NCBI GenBank assembly: GCA_000146045.2
Contig: BK006939.2
Coordinates: forward strand, 224,001-288,000
DNA from: TPA_inf: Saccharomyces
Lineage: Eukaryota
DNA length: 64,000 nt
Direction of reading: 5' to 3'
A program made the position numbers and the translations under genes. Each line of letters begins with the position of its first letter. Within the stretch, counting starts at the first letter, position 1. Shown one piece after another: positions 47,127-58,704 of the stretch. The notes beneath the pieces are model-generated. The model worked only from the letters and a program-made list of their open reading frames with translations. It made no database searches and was not told where the DNA came from.

Positions 47127-47767
47127 AATTCTAATGTAATGATGATGTTCGAAGGGTAAATTTTCTTTCGCTTTTTCGTGGAAACCAAATATCAAAGTTG
47201 TTCCTTATCATGTATCCGTTTGATAATGAAGTAAATTAGTATTTCTTTTGTAGGTCAGCAGCTCGCGCTATGGAGAAAGGAGTTATAATGAAACCACGTG
47301 AGCACGATGAAATAGCAATATGTTACTATTGATTACCGGATTAGAATGGTTAAAATGGTGAAATAAGAAGAATGATTATTGTGTGCTCAGTATCGGTTGA
47401 AACCACTAGTTTTGGCGCTTGACTCCACTCGTGAGTCATGTTTGGACTATATATGTGCCTTGAATATATATAAATATATATATTGCTATATGATCCCGCT
47501 GTTTCCAAGAGTAGTAATTACTAGACGGCTGTTGGCATATGTCAATGAGAGATTAGTGTACTCTTCGTACCATCAATCCGCCCATAATCTTCTAAGTGAT
47601 CTTCCGATCGTATCCATCGAACTTTACTAAAGGCTCTTTTCGGGGTTACCCCTAAATTTTCAGTATTTGATTTGTATTAATGTTTAGCATTCAGGTAGTC
47701 GTAGTAAACGGACACATTTGACATTCAACGACGGTACACACGGTAGGAGACGTCAATTTCGGCTGAG

Positions 47768-48091
47768 ATGAGTAGGGCTAGCAAGATAACGTTTGCAGCT
47801 TCCTGTCTGATAACGGCAGCGACGGTAGTGGGCGTGCATTATGTGCAAGAAATGGAAAGGGAAACTTTGCATCAGGGTCCGATAAAAGATGCTAAACGAG
47901 TCGAAGAAAAGAGGTTGAGAAAGACAAACGGAGTTGCATCATTAGATCCCACAAAAGAAAGGAAAAGGTACTTCAATATGAGTGAACACGAGGAACAAAA
48001 AGAGTTGCGAAAGAAGTATGAGACCATGCAACCGCTTAGTGGAGAAGTTGTGACCAAAGATGGAGAGGTGGTTAAAGAATCTAAGAAATAA
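47768..48091 (+). CDS. PET117: cytochrome c oxidase assembly factor, 107 aa
   Basis: The translation MSRASKITFAASCLITAATVVGVHYVQEMERETLHQ has an N-terminal TM segment. Length is 107 aa. Confidence 0.8.
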   Translation: MSRASKITFAASCLITAATVVGVHYVQEMERETLHQGPIKDAKRVEEKRLRKTNGVASLDPTKERKRYFNMSEHEEQKELRKKYETMQPLSGEVVTKDGEVVKESKK

Positions 48092-48623
48092 ACACCTGTC
48101 GGCAGTAGTTTACCTCTCTATTATAGACTACTCTTGTTTGTATATATGTAAGAATCGTGTAATTATTTTCAAGAAGCCTTCAAATTGAAGGAATAATCTA
48201 AAACTCGAATAATATCAATGTTAATCAATAACTATAATCAAGACCTTAATGTGCCTGCTTGCCCCTTTGGGGATTTTACCTCTATTTTGAAATTCCATTC
48301 AATCAATCTCTCGACGATCTCTAAGGTAAGATCTCGCCTTGATGTGGCTCTTTTTCTTCCGCCCTTGCGGAAAAAATCTGAATGAACGTAATTTACCTAA
48401 GAGATAACAAGGCTAACCTTGATAGAACCTTAAAAAACAGTATTGGTAATTGCAATAGCACCAACCGTAAGTGAGCTAAACTAGTGAAAGATTTTCTAAA
48501 TCATAACGCGCGGAATTCCAGTTAATATATTACGTAGTCATCCCTCATCATAGAACTGTTTTTTTTTTTTGCAAAGTATTGAACCAGTTATTAGTTAAGT
48601 TAATTGTAGCAAATAGCGCCGGT

Positions 48624-49886
48624 ATGTCTATCAAAGGTGATTCCCCCTCATCAACAAATGCCAGTAGTAGTCCGAAGTCTACATATTCAATACAATCGGA
48701 TGATAAAGCAAACCTTGGCAGTGGTAACGTCGATATACGTACAGATAATTCACAACAGGACAGTAATAATAGACGCGATATTGTGGTAGTGACGAGGGTA
48801 GCTTCTGAAGAGACTTTAGAATCACAATCATCTACTTCATCAATGGGAATTAGACCAGAATCATCTTTTAACTATGAGGATGCTTCTAACCAAGCTAGGG
48901 TCGAAATGAATAACAGGGTACATGGCTCAAATATGAACACAATTAACAAATATTATCCAGTACGATTCCCAAAGAATAACGAAAGGCAATTGAGCGACAC
49001 AAATAATTTAAATGAGAAAGTGCAAGGCACACATACAGTTCAATCATCCACCCAGGAAGACAAAATACTCGACGGTGACACAAGCAACTCACAAGTAACC
49101 CCGTCTTTGAACATTGCAGAGTTTCCCACAGACAAGCTTCTTAAAATGCTGACAGCGTTACTAACTAAAATTATTAAGTCAAATGATAGGACGGCAGCGA
49201 CAAATCCTAGTTTGACACAAGAGATTGAGAATGGTAGGTGTCTTGCTTTAAGTGACAATGAAAAGAAATACTTAAGCCCCGTTCTGGGGTTTAGAGGGAA
49301 GCACGTACCACAAATTGGTCTTGACCAATATTTCCAGAGGATCCAGAAATATTGCCCCACAACGAATGATGTATTTTTATCGCTCCTCGTGTACTTTGAT
49401 AGAATATCCAAGAGATGCAATAGTGTCACTACGACCCCTAAAACTAATACTGCAAAACATGAATCTCCCTCAAATGAAAGCTCTCTAGATAAAGCTAACA
49501 GGGGCGCTGACAAAATGTCCGCATGTAACAGTAACGAAAATAATGAAAATGACGATTCAGATGATGAAAATACAGGAGTTCAAAGGGATTCAAGGGCTCA
49601 TCCTCAAATGTTCGTAATGGATTCACATAATATTCACAGATTAATCATAGCAGGTATTACTGTCAGTACGAAGTTTCTGAGCGATTTCTTCTATAGCAAT
49701 TCAAGATACTCAAGGGTAGGTGGGATATCTTTACAAGAACTCAACCATTTGGAACTGCAGTTTCTAGTTTTGTGTGATTTTGAACTTTTGATATCAGTCA
49801 ATGAATTGCAGAGATACGCGGACTTACTATACAGGTTTTGGAACAACGCAAAAGCTCAATCGCAAGCACTAGTTACGGGCATGTAG
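48624..49886 (+). CDS. PCL6: Pho85-family cyclin, 420 aa from the ATG at 48624 (the ORF track starts 15 codons upstream)
   Basis: A C-terminal cyclin box reads FVMDSHNIHRLIIAGITVSTKFLSDFFYSNSRYSRVGGISLQELNHLELQFL. The N-terminal region is S/N-rich. Confidence 0.82.
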   Translation: MSIKGDSPSSTNASSSPKSTYSIQSDDKANLGSGNVDIRTDNSQQDSNNRRDIVVVTRVASEETLESQSSTSSMGIRPESSFNYEDASNQARVEMNNRVHGSNMNTINKYYPVRFPKNNERQLSDTNNLNEKVQGTHTVQSSTQEDKILDGDTSNSQVTPSLNIAEFPTDKLLKMLTALLTKIIKSNDRTAATNPSLTQEIENGRCLALSDNEKKYLSPVLGFRGKHVPQIGLDQYFQRIQKYCPTTNDVFLSLLVYFDRISKRCNSVTTTPKTNTAKHESPSNESSLDKANRGADKMSACNSNENNENDDSDDENTGVQRDSRAHPQMFVMDSHNIHRLIIAGITVSTKFLSDFFYSNSRYSRVGGISLQELNHLELQFLVLCDFELLISVNELQRYADLLYRFWNNAKAQSQALVTGM

Positions 49887-50566
49887 AAATGCGTAATATG
49901 CAAGTAGATATATTTACATACACAGTTTCTCTCAAAGGTAGTAATTATCTTATGTGTTAACGTACGGTTGCTAAGAAATAAGCATGGTAACTTTCTTAGG
50001 TAATTCTTTGGTATTAAGATATATTCTGAATTACGGTTTGGACTACTTTATTGTTCAGAGATAAGAAACATGTTGAGCAGCACTTTATGGTGTTGCTATA
50101 TTCCCGTTCAAATACAACAGCAACAAAAAATGCTTATCCCTCATCAAATTGAACAGAAAAAAAAAAACCATATTATTTTATTCAAGCTTATCGCATGATA
50201 GACTGTATATGGAGCAGTCAAAATTGACTGCTAACTGAGTTTTCATTTTGGAAATCTTATCATTTTGCGTTCACCGATTCTAACTTATTTTCATCACGAA
50301 TACGAGAAGGGCAAAGGTGCCGGCGTCATTATGTGACGGAAAGAAAAATTCGATAAGGCCTTTTTTTTTTCACTCATCGTATTGCCAAGCAATTTTAGTC
50401 AGAAGTAACACGTATATATATAAGGGCGTAGACGTCCCTCTTAACAGATACTCTGTAGTCCGTGCTAACGTAAACACAGCATTAAAAGTGCTTGTTACTT
50501 CACTATTATTAGCATTGAGGCGCGTGTGCTCGGAAAACCTACCATATTATAAAAGGGCTAACAAAT

Positions 50567-52153
50567 ATGCCTCAAACGCACGAAATGTCCCTGAACGGCA
50601 CTCAATACTTAAAATATGAACTTAAAGACCTTGAGTCTCGAGCTCACGATGCAAAGACTCCTTCAACAAATGAATTCTATGATGATGTAGAATCGCACGG
50701 AACAGAAGAATTAGTTGAAGCTAAACTGTCGTTTTTGAACAGAATTGCTGCTGGTTTAAGTGCCGAGACAAAGGGTATTGAACCGATTACAGAAGATGAA
50801 AAAACTGATGATTCTATACTGAACGCTGCATCTATGTGGTTTTCAGCAAATATGGTTCTGCCTGCTTATGCCATTGGCGCCCTAGGGCCTATGGTGTTTG
50901 ATCTAAATTTCGGCCAAAGCGTTTTCGTTATTATTTTCTTTAACCTCTTAGGCTTGGTATCAGTTGCTTTCTTTTCTGTTTTCGGTGCAGAGCTGGGCCT
51001 AAGACAGATGATTTTGTCTAGATATTTAGTTGGCAATATCGCAGCCAGGATCTTCTCTTTCATCAATTTTATTGCCTGTATCGGTTGGGGTATCGTTAAT
51101 ACCGTAGCAAGCTCGCAAGTCCTGAATATGGTTAACCCCGGTCATCAATGTCCTCTCTGGGCTGGTTGTATAGTTATTATCGGTGCTACTGTAATTGTAA
51201 CTTTTTTCGGCTATGGAGTCATTCATGCTTACGAGAAATGGGCGTGGGTACCAAATTTTGCCGTTTTTTTGGTAATAATTGCTCGTTTGGCAAGGTCTAA
51301 AAAATTTGTCCTTGGGGAGTGGACATCTGGTCCTACTACAGCAGGTAACGTGCTTTCATTTGGATCAACAGTTTATGGGTTTGCTGCAGGCTGGACAACA
51401 TATGCGGCTGACTATACCGTTTATATGCCAAGGAAAACGAACAAGTATAAAATTTTTTTCTCGCTTGTAGTTGGGTTAGCAACACCATTATATTTTACTA
51501 TGATACTTGGTGCAGCTGTAGCAATGGCAGCTATCGGCGATCCAGCCTGGAAGACGTATTATGACGAAAATTCCATAGGTGGTTTAACTTTTGCCGTTCT
51601 TGTCCCTAATTCTGTTCACGGATTCGGTCAGTTCTGTTGCGTGTTATTGTCTCTGTCCACTATCGCTAATAATGTTCCCAACATGTATACTATTGCTTTA
51701 TCGGTGCAAGCCACGTGGGAACCTCTTGCGAAAGTCCCAAGAGTTATTTGGACTTTATTAGGCAATGCGGCCGCACTGGGTATTGCCATTCCTGCCTGCT
51801 ACTATTTTTCTACCTTCATGAATTACTTCATGGATTCCATAGGTTATTATTTGGCTATTTATATTGCCATTGCATGTTCAGAGCATTTTATTTATAGGCG
51901 TTCCTTCAGTGCTTACAATGTTGATGATTGGGATAGTTGGGAACGTCTACCTATCGGCATTGCAGGTACTGCTGCCTTAATTGTTGGTGCCTTTGGCGTA
52001 GCGTTGGGTATGTGCCAAACTTATTGGGTTGGCGAGATCAGCCGTTTGATCGGAGACTACGGTGGTGATATTGGATTCGAGTTAGGACTAAGTTGGGCAT
52101 TTATAGTTTACAACATTGCTAGACCCTTTGAGCTCAAGTACTTTGGTCGTTAA
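50567..52153 (+). CDS. FCY21: purine-cytosine permease paralog (NCS1 family), 528 aa
   Basis: Colinear with FCY2 and FCY22. It carries distinct residues (NPGHQCPLWAGC, FSTFMNYFMDS). Length is 528 aa. Confidence 0.9.
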   Translation: MPQTHEMSLNGTQYLKYELKDLESRAHDAKTPSTNEFYDDVESHGTEELVEAKLSFLNRIAAGLSAETKGIEPITEDEKTDDSILNAASMWFSANMVLPAYAIGALGPMVFDLNFGQSVFVIIFFNLLGLVSVAFFSVFGAELGLRQMILSRYLVGNIAARIFSFINFIACIGWGIVNTVASSQVLNMVNPGHQCPLWAGCIVIIGATVIVTFFGYGVIHAYEKWAWVPNFAVFLVIIARLARSKKFVLGEWTSGPTTAGNVLSFGSTVYGFAAGWTTYAADYTVYMPRKTNKYKIFFSLVVGLATPLYFTMILGAAVAMAAIGDPAWKTYYDENSIGGLTFAVLVPNSVHGFGQFCCVLLSLSTIANNVPNMYTIALSVQATWEPLAKVPRVIWTLLGNAAALGIAIPACYYFSTFMNYFMDSIGYYLAIYIAIACSEHFIYRRSFSAYNVDDWDSWERLPIGIAGTAALIVGAFGVALGMCQTYWVGEISRLIGDYGGDIGFELGLSWAFIVYNIARPFELKYFGR

Positions 52154-52302
52154 CGAAAGTTCATTTAAATGTTTCGCTATTTTAGTCTTTGTAATGTAAC
52201 ATAAATGGCTCTAGTATGCAAATCATTAAAAAATAGCATGTATGTTAATTAAATTATCACGGCTCATTCATTTGAGTTGATAACGCAATTCTGATAAGCA
52301 TA

Positions 52303-52310
52303 TCACGTGA
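52303..52310. promoter_or_regulatory. perfect palindromic E-box TCACGTGA (Cbf1-type) about 265 bp upstream of the FCY22 ATG
   Basis: Read directly within catATCACGTGActg. Confidence 0.45.
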
Positions 52311-52571
52311 CTGTGGTTCTAAGAGTTACTCCGATCGCCAGTAAATACTTTATGAGACGTTGCATTATTTCTGTTTAGTTGATAAATTTTGATTTCTAGT
52401 CTGTTGAAAGCCTAATGCATGCAGATGACATAAATGTAGTCTGTTTTTGCACTGGTGATTTGTAAACCAGACAAATATATAACATGATAACCAAATTGTT
52501 TGTTATAAGATACGCTTGTCAGATTGAAATGGAGGGTGTTTCAGAAGGTGACTAAAATATCGAAGAAAAGT

Positions 52572-54164
52572 ATGCCAGAAAAGTTAGCCATGTCAATGGT
52601 CGATATAAAAGATGCGGGGAGTGAACTAAGGGACCTCGAATCTGGAGCTCTGGACACAAAATCTTCCGCCGCTGATGTATACTATGAGGGTGTAGAATTG
52701 CATAGAACCAACGAATTCATTGATAATAAGCCGTCCTTTTTCAATAGGATTGCAGCTGCTTTAAATGCTGAGACGAAAGGTATTGAACCAGTTACAGAAG
52801 ATGAAAAAAATGATGACTCGATACTCAATGCCGCCACTATATGGTTTTCAGCTAATATGGTGATTGTAGCCTATTCCGTAGGTGCCTTGGGTCCTCTAGT
52901 ATTTGGCCTAAATTTCGGCCAAAGTGTTTTAGTTATCATTTTTTTCAATATTTTGGGTTTGATCCCTGTTGCATTATTCTCACTTTTTGGGGTAGAACTG
53001 GGCCTAAGACAGATGATTCTATCGAGATATTTGGCTGGTAACATCACAGCAAGATTTTTCTCTCTTGTTAATGTCATTGCTTGTGTCGGTTGGTGTGTTT
53101 TAAATATTTCTGTTTCTGCTCAACTTTTGAATATGGTGAATGAAGGCTCTGGGCACAACTGTCCTATTTGGGCAGGTTGTTTGATTATTGCTGGTGGTAC
53201 CGTGCTTGTGACTTTTTTTGGTTACAGTGTCGTTCATGCATACGAAAAATGGTCGTGGGTACCCAATTTTGCTGCCTTTTTGGTCATTATTGCCCAACTA
53301 TCGAGATCAGGAAAATTTAAAGGTGGTGAATGGGTAGGGGGTGCAACTACTGCAGGTGGTGTTCTTTCTTTTGGTTCATCTGTTTTTGGGTCAGCTGCGG
53401 GTTGGGCGACTTATGCAGCAGATTACACTGTTTATATGCCAAAGACCACAAGTAAATACAAAATTTTTTTTTCCGTAGTAGCCGGTCTAGCGTTCCCTCT
53501 ATTTTTCACCATGATTCTTGGTGCTGCTTGCGGTATGGCGGCCCTTAATGACCCAACCTGGAAGTCATATTATGATAAAAACGCCATGGGTGGTGTCATA
53601 TATGCTATCCTGGTCCCTAACTCTCTAAACGGATTCGGTCAATTCTGCTGTGTTTTGTTGGCTCTTTCAACTGTTGCTAATAATGTCCCTGGAATGTACA
53701 CTGTCGCTTTATCCGCTCAAGCTTTGTGGGCACCTTTGGCTAAAATACCAAGAGTAGTCTGGACAATGGCAGGTAATGCTGCCACTTTAGGTATTTCCAT
53801 CCCTGCTACCTATTACTTTGACGGCTTTATGGAGAATTTTATGGATTCCATTGGTTATTATTTGGCTATTTATATTGCCATTGCATGTTCAGAGCATTTT
53901 ATTTATAGGCGTTCCTTCAGTGCTTACAATATTGATGATTGGGATAATTGGGAGCATCTACCTATCGGTATCGCAGGTACTGCTGCCTTAATTGCTGGTG
54001 CCTTTGGAGTAGCGTTGGGTATGTGCCAAACTTATTGGGTTGGTGAGATCAGTCGTTTGATCGGAGAGTACGGCGGTGACATTGGGTTCGAGTTAGGCGG
54101 AAGTTGGGCGTTCATCATCTATAACATTGTAAGACCTTTAGAACTCAAATATTTCGGTCGATGA
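52572..54164 (+). CDS. FCY22: purine-cytosine permease paralog (NCS1 family), 530 aa from the ATG at 52572
   Basis: The protein is overall closest to FCY2 (GQSVLVIIFFNILGL, NEGSGHNCPIWAGC, FDGFMENFMDS). Its last ~290 nt of DNA are almost identical to FCY21. Confidence 0.9.
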   Translation: MPEKLAMSMVDIKDAGSELRDLESGALDTKSSAADVYYEGVELHRTNEFIDNKPSFFNRIAAALNAETKGIEPVTEDEKNDDSILNAATIWFSANMVIVAYSVGALGPLVFGLNFGQSVLVIIFFNILGLIPVALFSLFGVELGLRQMILSRYLAGNITARFFSLVNVIACVGWCVLNISVSAQLLNMVNEGSGHNCPIWAGCLIIAGGTVLVTFFGYSVVHAYEKWSWVPNFAAFLVIIAQLSRSGKFKGGEWVGGATTAGGVLSFGSSVFGSAAGWATYAADYTVYMPKTTSKYKIFFSVVAGLAFPLFFTMILGAACGMAALNDPTWKSYYDKNAMGGVIYAILVPNSLNGFGQFCCVLLALSTVANNVPGMYTVALSAQALWAPLAKIPRVVWTMAGNAATLGISIPATYYFDGFMENFMDSIGYYLAIYIAIACSEHFIYRRSFSAYNIDDWDNWEHLPIGIAGTAALIAGAFGVALGMCQTYWVGEISRLIGEYGGDIGFELGGSWAFIIYNIVRPLELKYFGR

Positions 54165-54297
54165 CTAAATGTTAATTGATTAATATTTTTGCTAATCATT
54201 GAAATGATTGGTTTTAATGGATAAATCTCGACATTCGAATAGATAGCATATAATTCAAAAACGATTATAATGGGATATATATATAAGTTTAATAATA

Positions 54298-55626
54298 TTA
54301 ACTCCCTTCCCATTTCTTGAAGAGAAGAGATGTGTTAACTCCTCCAAATCCGAAGCTGTTGCATAATGCGTACTTCGGATTAGCTCCCACAATAGGTTTG
54401 TCTCTTATGAAATGTAGCTTATCGGCCTCGTTATTTTCTAGAGTCAGAACATTGTCCAGGTTTAAGGTATGCGGCATCTTATCATCCTTCAAGGAACAAA
54501 TTGTAAATATACTTTCTACGGCGCCAGCTGCACCTAAAAGATGGCCAATTGCACCTTTGTTACTGGATATGTACAGTGGCTTGCTTTTGGATCTTCCTGG
54601 TAAGAGTGCTGAGGCTACTGCCAGACACTCTGCTTTATCGCCTAGTAAAGTTGATGTAGCATGTGCATTGACGTAGTCAACATCAGTTGGTTCTAATCTA
54701 GCCATTTTTAGAGCCATCTCTATTGCTCTTTTGGCACCATTTCCATCAGCAGGAGGGGAGGTAATATGGCAGGCATCACTGCTTAAACCATAGCCCACGA
54801 GCTCAGAAATTATGTTTGCATTTCTCTTTTGAGCATGTTCTAGCGATTCCATGACAATCATTCCGCATCCTTCACCAAGTACGAATCCAGAACGTTGTGT
54901 ATCAAAGGGTCTAGAGATCCCGTTTGTAGTAATCGACTTTGCTCTGATGAAACCTGCTAAACTTAACGGATGCAAACTCGTTTCACTTGCACCGGCGACA
55001 CAGATGTCTTGCATGCCTAACCGAATAAAATTGAATGCATCGCCAATGGAGTTATTACCTGTTGCGCATGCTGTGGAAACACTATGGGATAATCCTCTAA
55101 GGTTAAACTTGATGGAAACATTACCAGCTGCCATATTTGTAAGGATTTTAGGGACGAAATATGGATTTATTCTTTTATTGTCGTTATGGAATTGTAGAGA
55201 AGTTTGGTATATGTCTTGAATGGATCCTATACCAGAACCTATCAGGCAACCAAAGTGATCCAGATTGCACAGAGATGTATTGATGGTTATATCATTTGGG
55301 TTCAAGAGACCAGCATTGTGAAGCGCTTCATAAGTTGTACGTAGTGCTAGCTTGATAAAGCTTGAGGTTCTTCTCTCATCCTGGCTAGTGAACAGCAGTT
55401 TATTGATGGCTGAATTTTCGTTTTGAAAATTCTCTGGAATCTTCCCCACTGTTATCGTTGATGGGATACTTTTTTCTCTGAGTTTGTAGTCCTCATTATA
55501 GTTGGGCAAAGATGTGATTGGTGTGAGTCCATTTTTGGAAGAGAGCAGATTCCCCCATGACTCACTTAATGATCTTCCCAACGGCGTTACACAGCCCAAT
55601 CCTGTGATAACCACTCTTCTTGACAT
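54298..55626 (-). CDS. CEM1: mitochondrial beta-ketoacyl-ACP synthase (KAS II-like), 442 aa
   Basis: KAS family protein with an active-site Cys region (GLSHSVSTACATGNNSIGDA) and the His-His catalytic dyad. Length is 442 aa. Confidence 0.9.
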   Translation of the reverse strand: MSRRVVITGLGCVTPLGRSLSESWGNLLSSKNGLTPITSLPNYNEDYKLREKSIPSTITVGKIPENFQNENSAINKLLFTSQDERRTSSFIKLALRTTYEALHNAGLLNPNDITINTSLCNLDHFGCLIGSGIGSIQDIYQTSLQFHNDNKRINPYFVPKILTNMAAGNVSIKFNLRGLSHSVSTACATGNNSIGDAFNFIRLGMQDICVAGASETSLHPLSLAGFIRAKSITTNGISRPFDTQRSGFVLGEGCGMIVMESLEHAQKRNANIISELVGYGLSSDACHITSPPADGNGAKRAIEMALKMARLEPTDVDYVNAHATSTLLGDKAECLAVASALLPGRSKSKPLYISSNKGAIGHLLGAAGAVESIFTICSLKDDKMPHTLNLDNVLTLENNEADKLHFIRDKPIVGANPKYALCNSFGFGGVNTSLLFKKWEGS

Positions 55627-55929
55627 TTCTTTACTAGAAATTAAATTTTAATCCGTTGTGGCTCCTGTCACTTTCAAGTTGCTAATAACCTGATAACGTT
55701 TAAGGATTTTACTTCCTTTTTTATCATTTATTTTTCTGAGATGAGACAGAGTCAGAAATAATAGCACACTATATGTTTTAAAAAAAAAAATCTATCTACG
55801 TATTTATTTAATCAATAAGATGTGATTTTATAAATGTGTCGTTTTTTAGCATCATTACTTGTTTTGTGGCGAATATAGAATAGGACTGTATCTGAGAATT
55901 ATTACTCAAATATGTTCGATTTTAGAGGA

Positions 55930-56682
55930 TTACCATTTCAACAGATCGTCCTTAGCATATAAGTAGTCGTCAAAAATGAATTCAACTTCGTCTGTTTCGG
56001 CATTGTAGCCGCCAACTCTGATGGATTCGTGGTTTTTGACAATGATGTCACAGCCTTTTTCCTTTAGGAAGTCCAAGTCGAAAGTAGTGGCAATACCAAT
56101 GATCTTACAACCGGCGGCTTTTCCGGCGGCAATACCTGCTGGAGCGTCTTCAAATACTACTACCTTAGATTTGGAAGGGTCTTGCTCATTGATCGGATAT
56201 CCTAAGCCATTCCTGCCCTTCAGATATGGTTCTGGATGAGGCTTACCCTGTTTGACATCATTAGCGGTAATGAAGTACTTTGGTCTCCTGATTCCCAGAT
56301 GCTCGAACCATTTTTGTGCCATATCACGGGTACCGGAAGTTGCCACAGCCCATTTCTCTTTTGGTAGAGCGTTCAAAGCGTTGCACAGCTTAACTGCACC
56401 TGGGACTTCAATGGATTTTTCACCGTACTTGACCGGAATTTCAGCTTCTAATTTGTTAACATACTCTTCATTGGCAAAGTCTGGAGCGAACTTAGCAATG
56501 GCATCAAACGTTCTCCAACCATGCGAGACTTGGATAACGTGTTCAGCATCGAAATAAGGTTTGTCCTTACCGAAATCCCTCCAGAATGCAGCAATGGCTG
56601 GTTGAGAGATGATAATGGTACCGTCGACGTCGAACAAAGCGGCGTTAACTTTCAAAGATAGAGGTTTAGTAGTCAATCCCAT
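55930..56682 (-). CDS. GPP2: DL-glycerol-3-phosphate phosphatase (HAD family), 250 aa from the ATG at 56682
   Basis: HAD motif I FDVDGTIIIS. The translation begins MGLTTKPLSLKVNAALFDVDGT. The ORF-track start at 56733 is an upstream in-frame extension. Confidence 0.88.
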   Translation of the reverse strand: MGLTTKPLSLKVNAALFDVDGTIIISQPAIAAFWRDFGKDKPYFDAEHVIQVSHGWRTFDAIAKFAPDFANEEYVNKLEAEIPVKYGEKSIEVPGAVKLCNALNALPKEKWAVATSGTRDMAQKWFEHLGIRRPKYFITANDVKQGKPHPEPYLKGRNGLGYPINEQDPSKSKVVVFEDAPAGIAAGKAAGCKIIGIATTFDLDFLKEKGCDIIVKNHESIRVGGYNAETDEVEFIFDDYLYAKDDLLKW

Positions 56683-56933
56683 TCCGAATATTGTTTTTAT
56701 TGTTTTATGTTTTTCCACTGATCTGGTAAACACTAGCTGGTTGGCGCTATTAATATGAAAAGAGTTAGACCAAATTGAGTAGAAAAGAAACCTTTGGCAA
56801 TCCTAACTATGTTGTTTTAGCTTGTGTATTTAAGCGCATATATATATATTTCTGAAAATGACAACATCAAAAGAAACGAACTTATTTAGAATAAAAAGAA
56901 ACGACTTGGCTTCTTATTATTCCTACTTTACGT

Positions 56934-56957
56934 CACGTGGGAGGCCCGTTTAGGGGG
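56934..56957. promoter_or_regulatory. GPP2/HOR2 upstream stress elements: CACGTG E-box (56934-56939) and STRE AGGGG (56952-56956), about 250-270 bp from the ATG
   Basis: Motifs read directly in cgtCACGTGggaggcccgtttAGGGGGgc. HOR2 is osmostress-induced by established knowledge. Confidence 0.4.
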
Positions 56958-57655
56958 GCAGCTATGTAGTTTTTCCGAGCGTACTTTCTTTCAGCATCCG
57001 AAAAGTCCTCACTTGACGGCTTACACGGAAACGCCGCGGATTGTGGGGCACAGATGATGACGCAGACGGAACACTGCAGAAATCTTTTTACCTTGTCGTT
57101 AAAGACGATATTAGAGAGAAGAGTTTGGCTGGGGACAAAGTGCCAGCTTTTCGTTCAGGGCGAGGTGCCAAAATACTTGAGAAGGCCAAACCCCAAAGGA
57201 CAGGGCCAAATACGTACGCTACGGTAATATCTAATGGGAGAGGGTATAACATTGACCATTTTCGAAGGAGGCATAGGAATTTAGACGCTGATGGATGTTA
57301 TCAATATTGAAGTTTTTCACCGTTTCCCTCTTTCTCTGCTCCTTTAAAGAACGCAAAGTCTCCTCTTGAGAGAAAGCAGACGATTGGAATTGGTATCTTT
57401 CACGTAGCATTGCTTAACCTACGGCCATATTAATGATATGAAGTCATATGAAAATGGCCGAGGCCAGCGGTTCATTCGAGGATATATATTTTATTACCCG
57501 GCGTCTCTAGCCGAAGTAAGAAAACACAATGCAACCAGCGTTGGTGGAAGGGCGTGATAATGCTGAATGGGAGAAGAAAGTTGAATAGTGACTCTTCAAA
57601 TGTGTCCTTTCAGGATGCGCTACTTTCAGAAGTTACAAAGATATCTGTATATTGA

Positions 57656-58366
<711 letters not shown>

Positions 58367-58704
58367 AGGCTCAAGCCGTTTTGGTGGAGTTTTTCATTCT
58401 AGTTTCGGTTCTTTCCCACTTTTTAAACGACCGCAGTTGTTTGTATATGAAGGTGCAAAATTTGTTGCATACGTAAACATGTGTAGATTATTCTAAATAA
58501 ATCTGTGTTATTAAATCCGAAGAGTCGGCGGTTCACTGTATTACACATACAGTGGCTGTCAACGTTGTAAAGTGCTAGTAGAGAATGAGCGGCGAGATTT
58601 ACAGACTGAACATTCTTGTACAAGTTACAATGATGATAGAGGAAAAATAAGCTATGATAAATAGTTCATAGTAATGCAGGTGGGGATGATGCAAGCGGGC
58701 CTAT

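Noticed and set aside
57041-57310. 89-aa ORF in the GPP2-THO1 intergenic region
   Set aside because: Isolated, with no recognisable domain. It is Arg/Gly-rich with odd composition and sits in the promoter region containing STRE and E-box motifs. It is more likely non-coding, though ribosome profiling would be needed to exclude a small protein.
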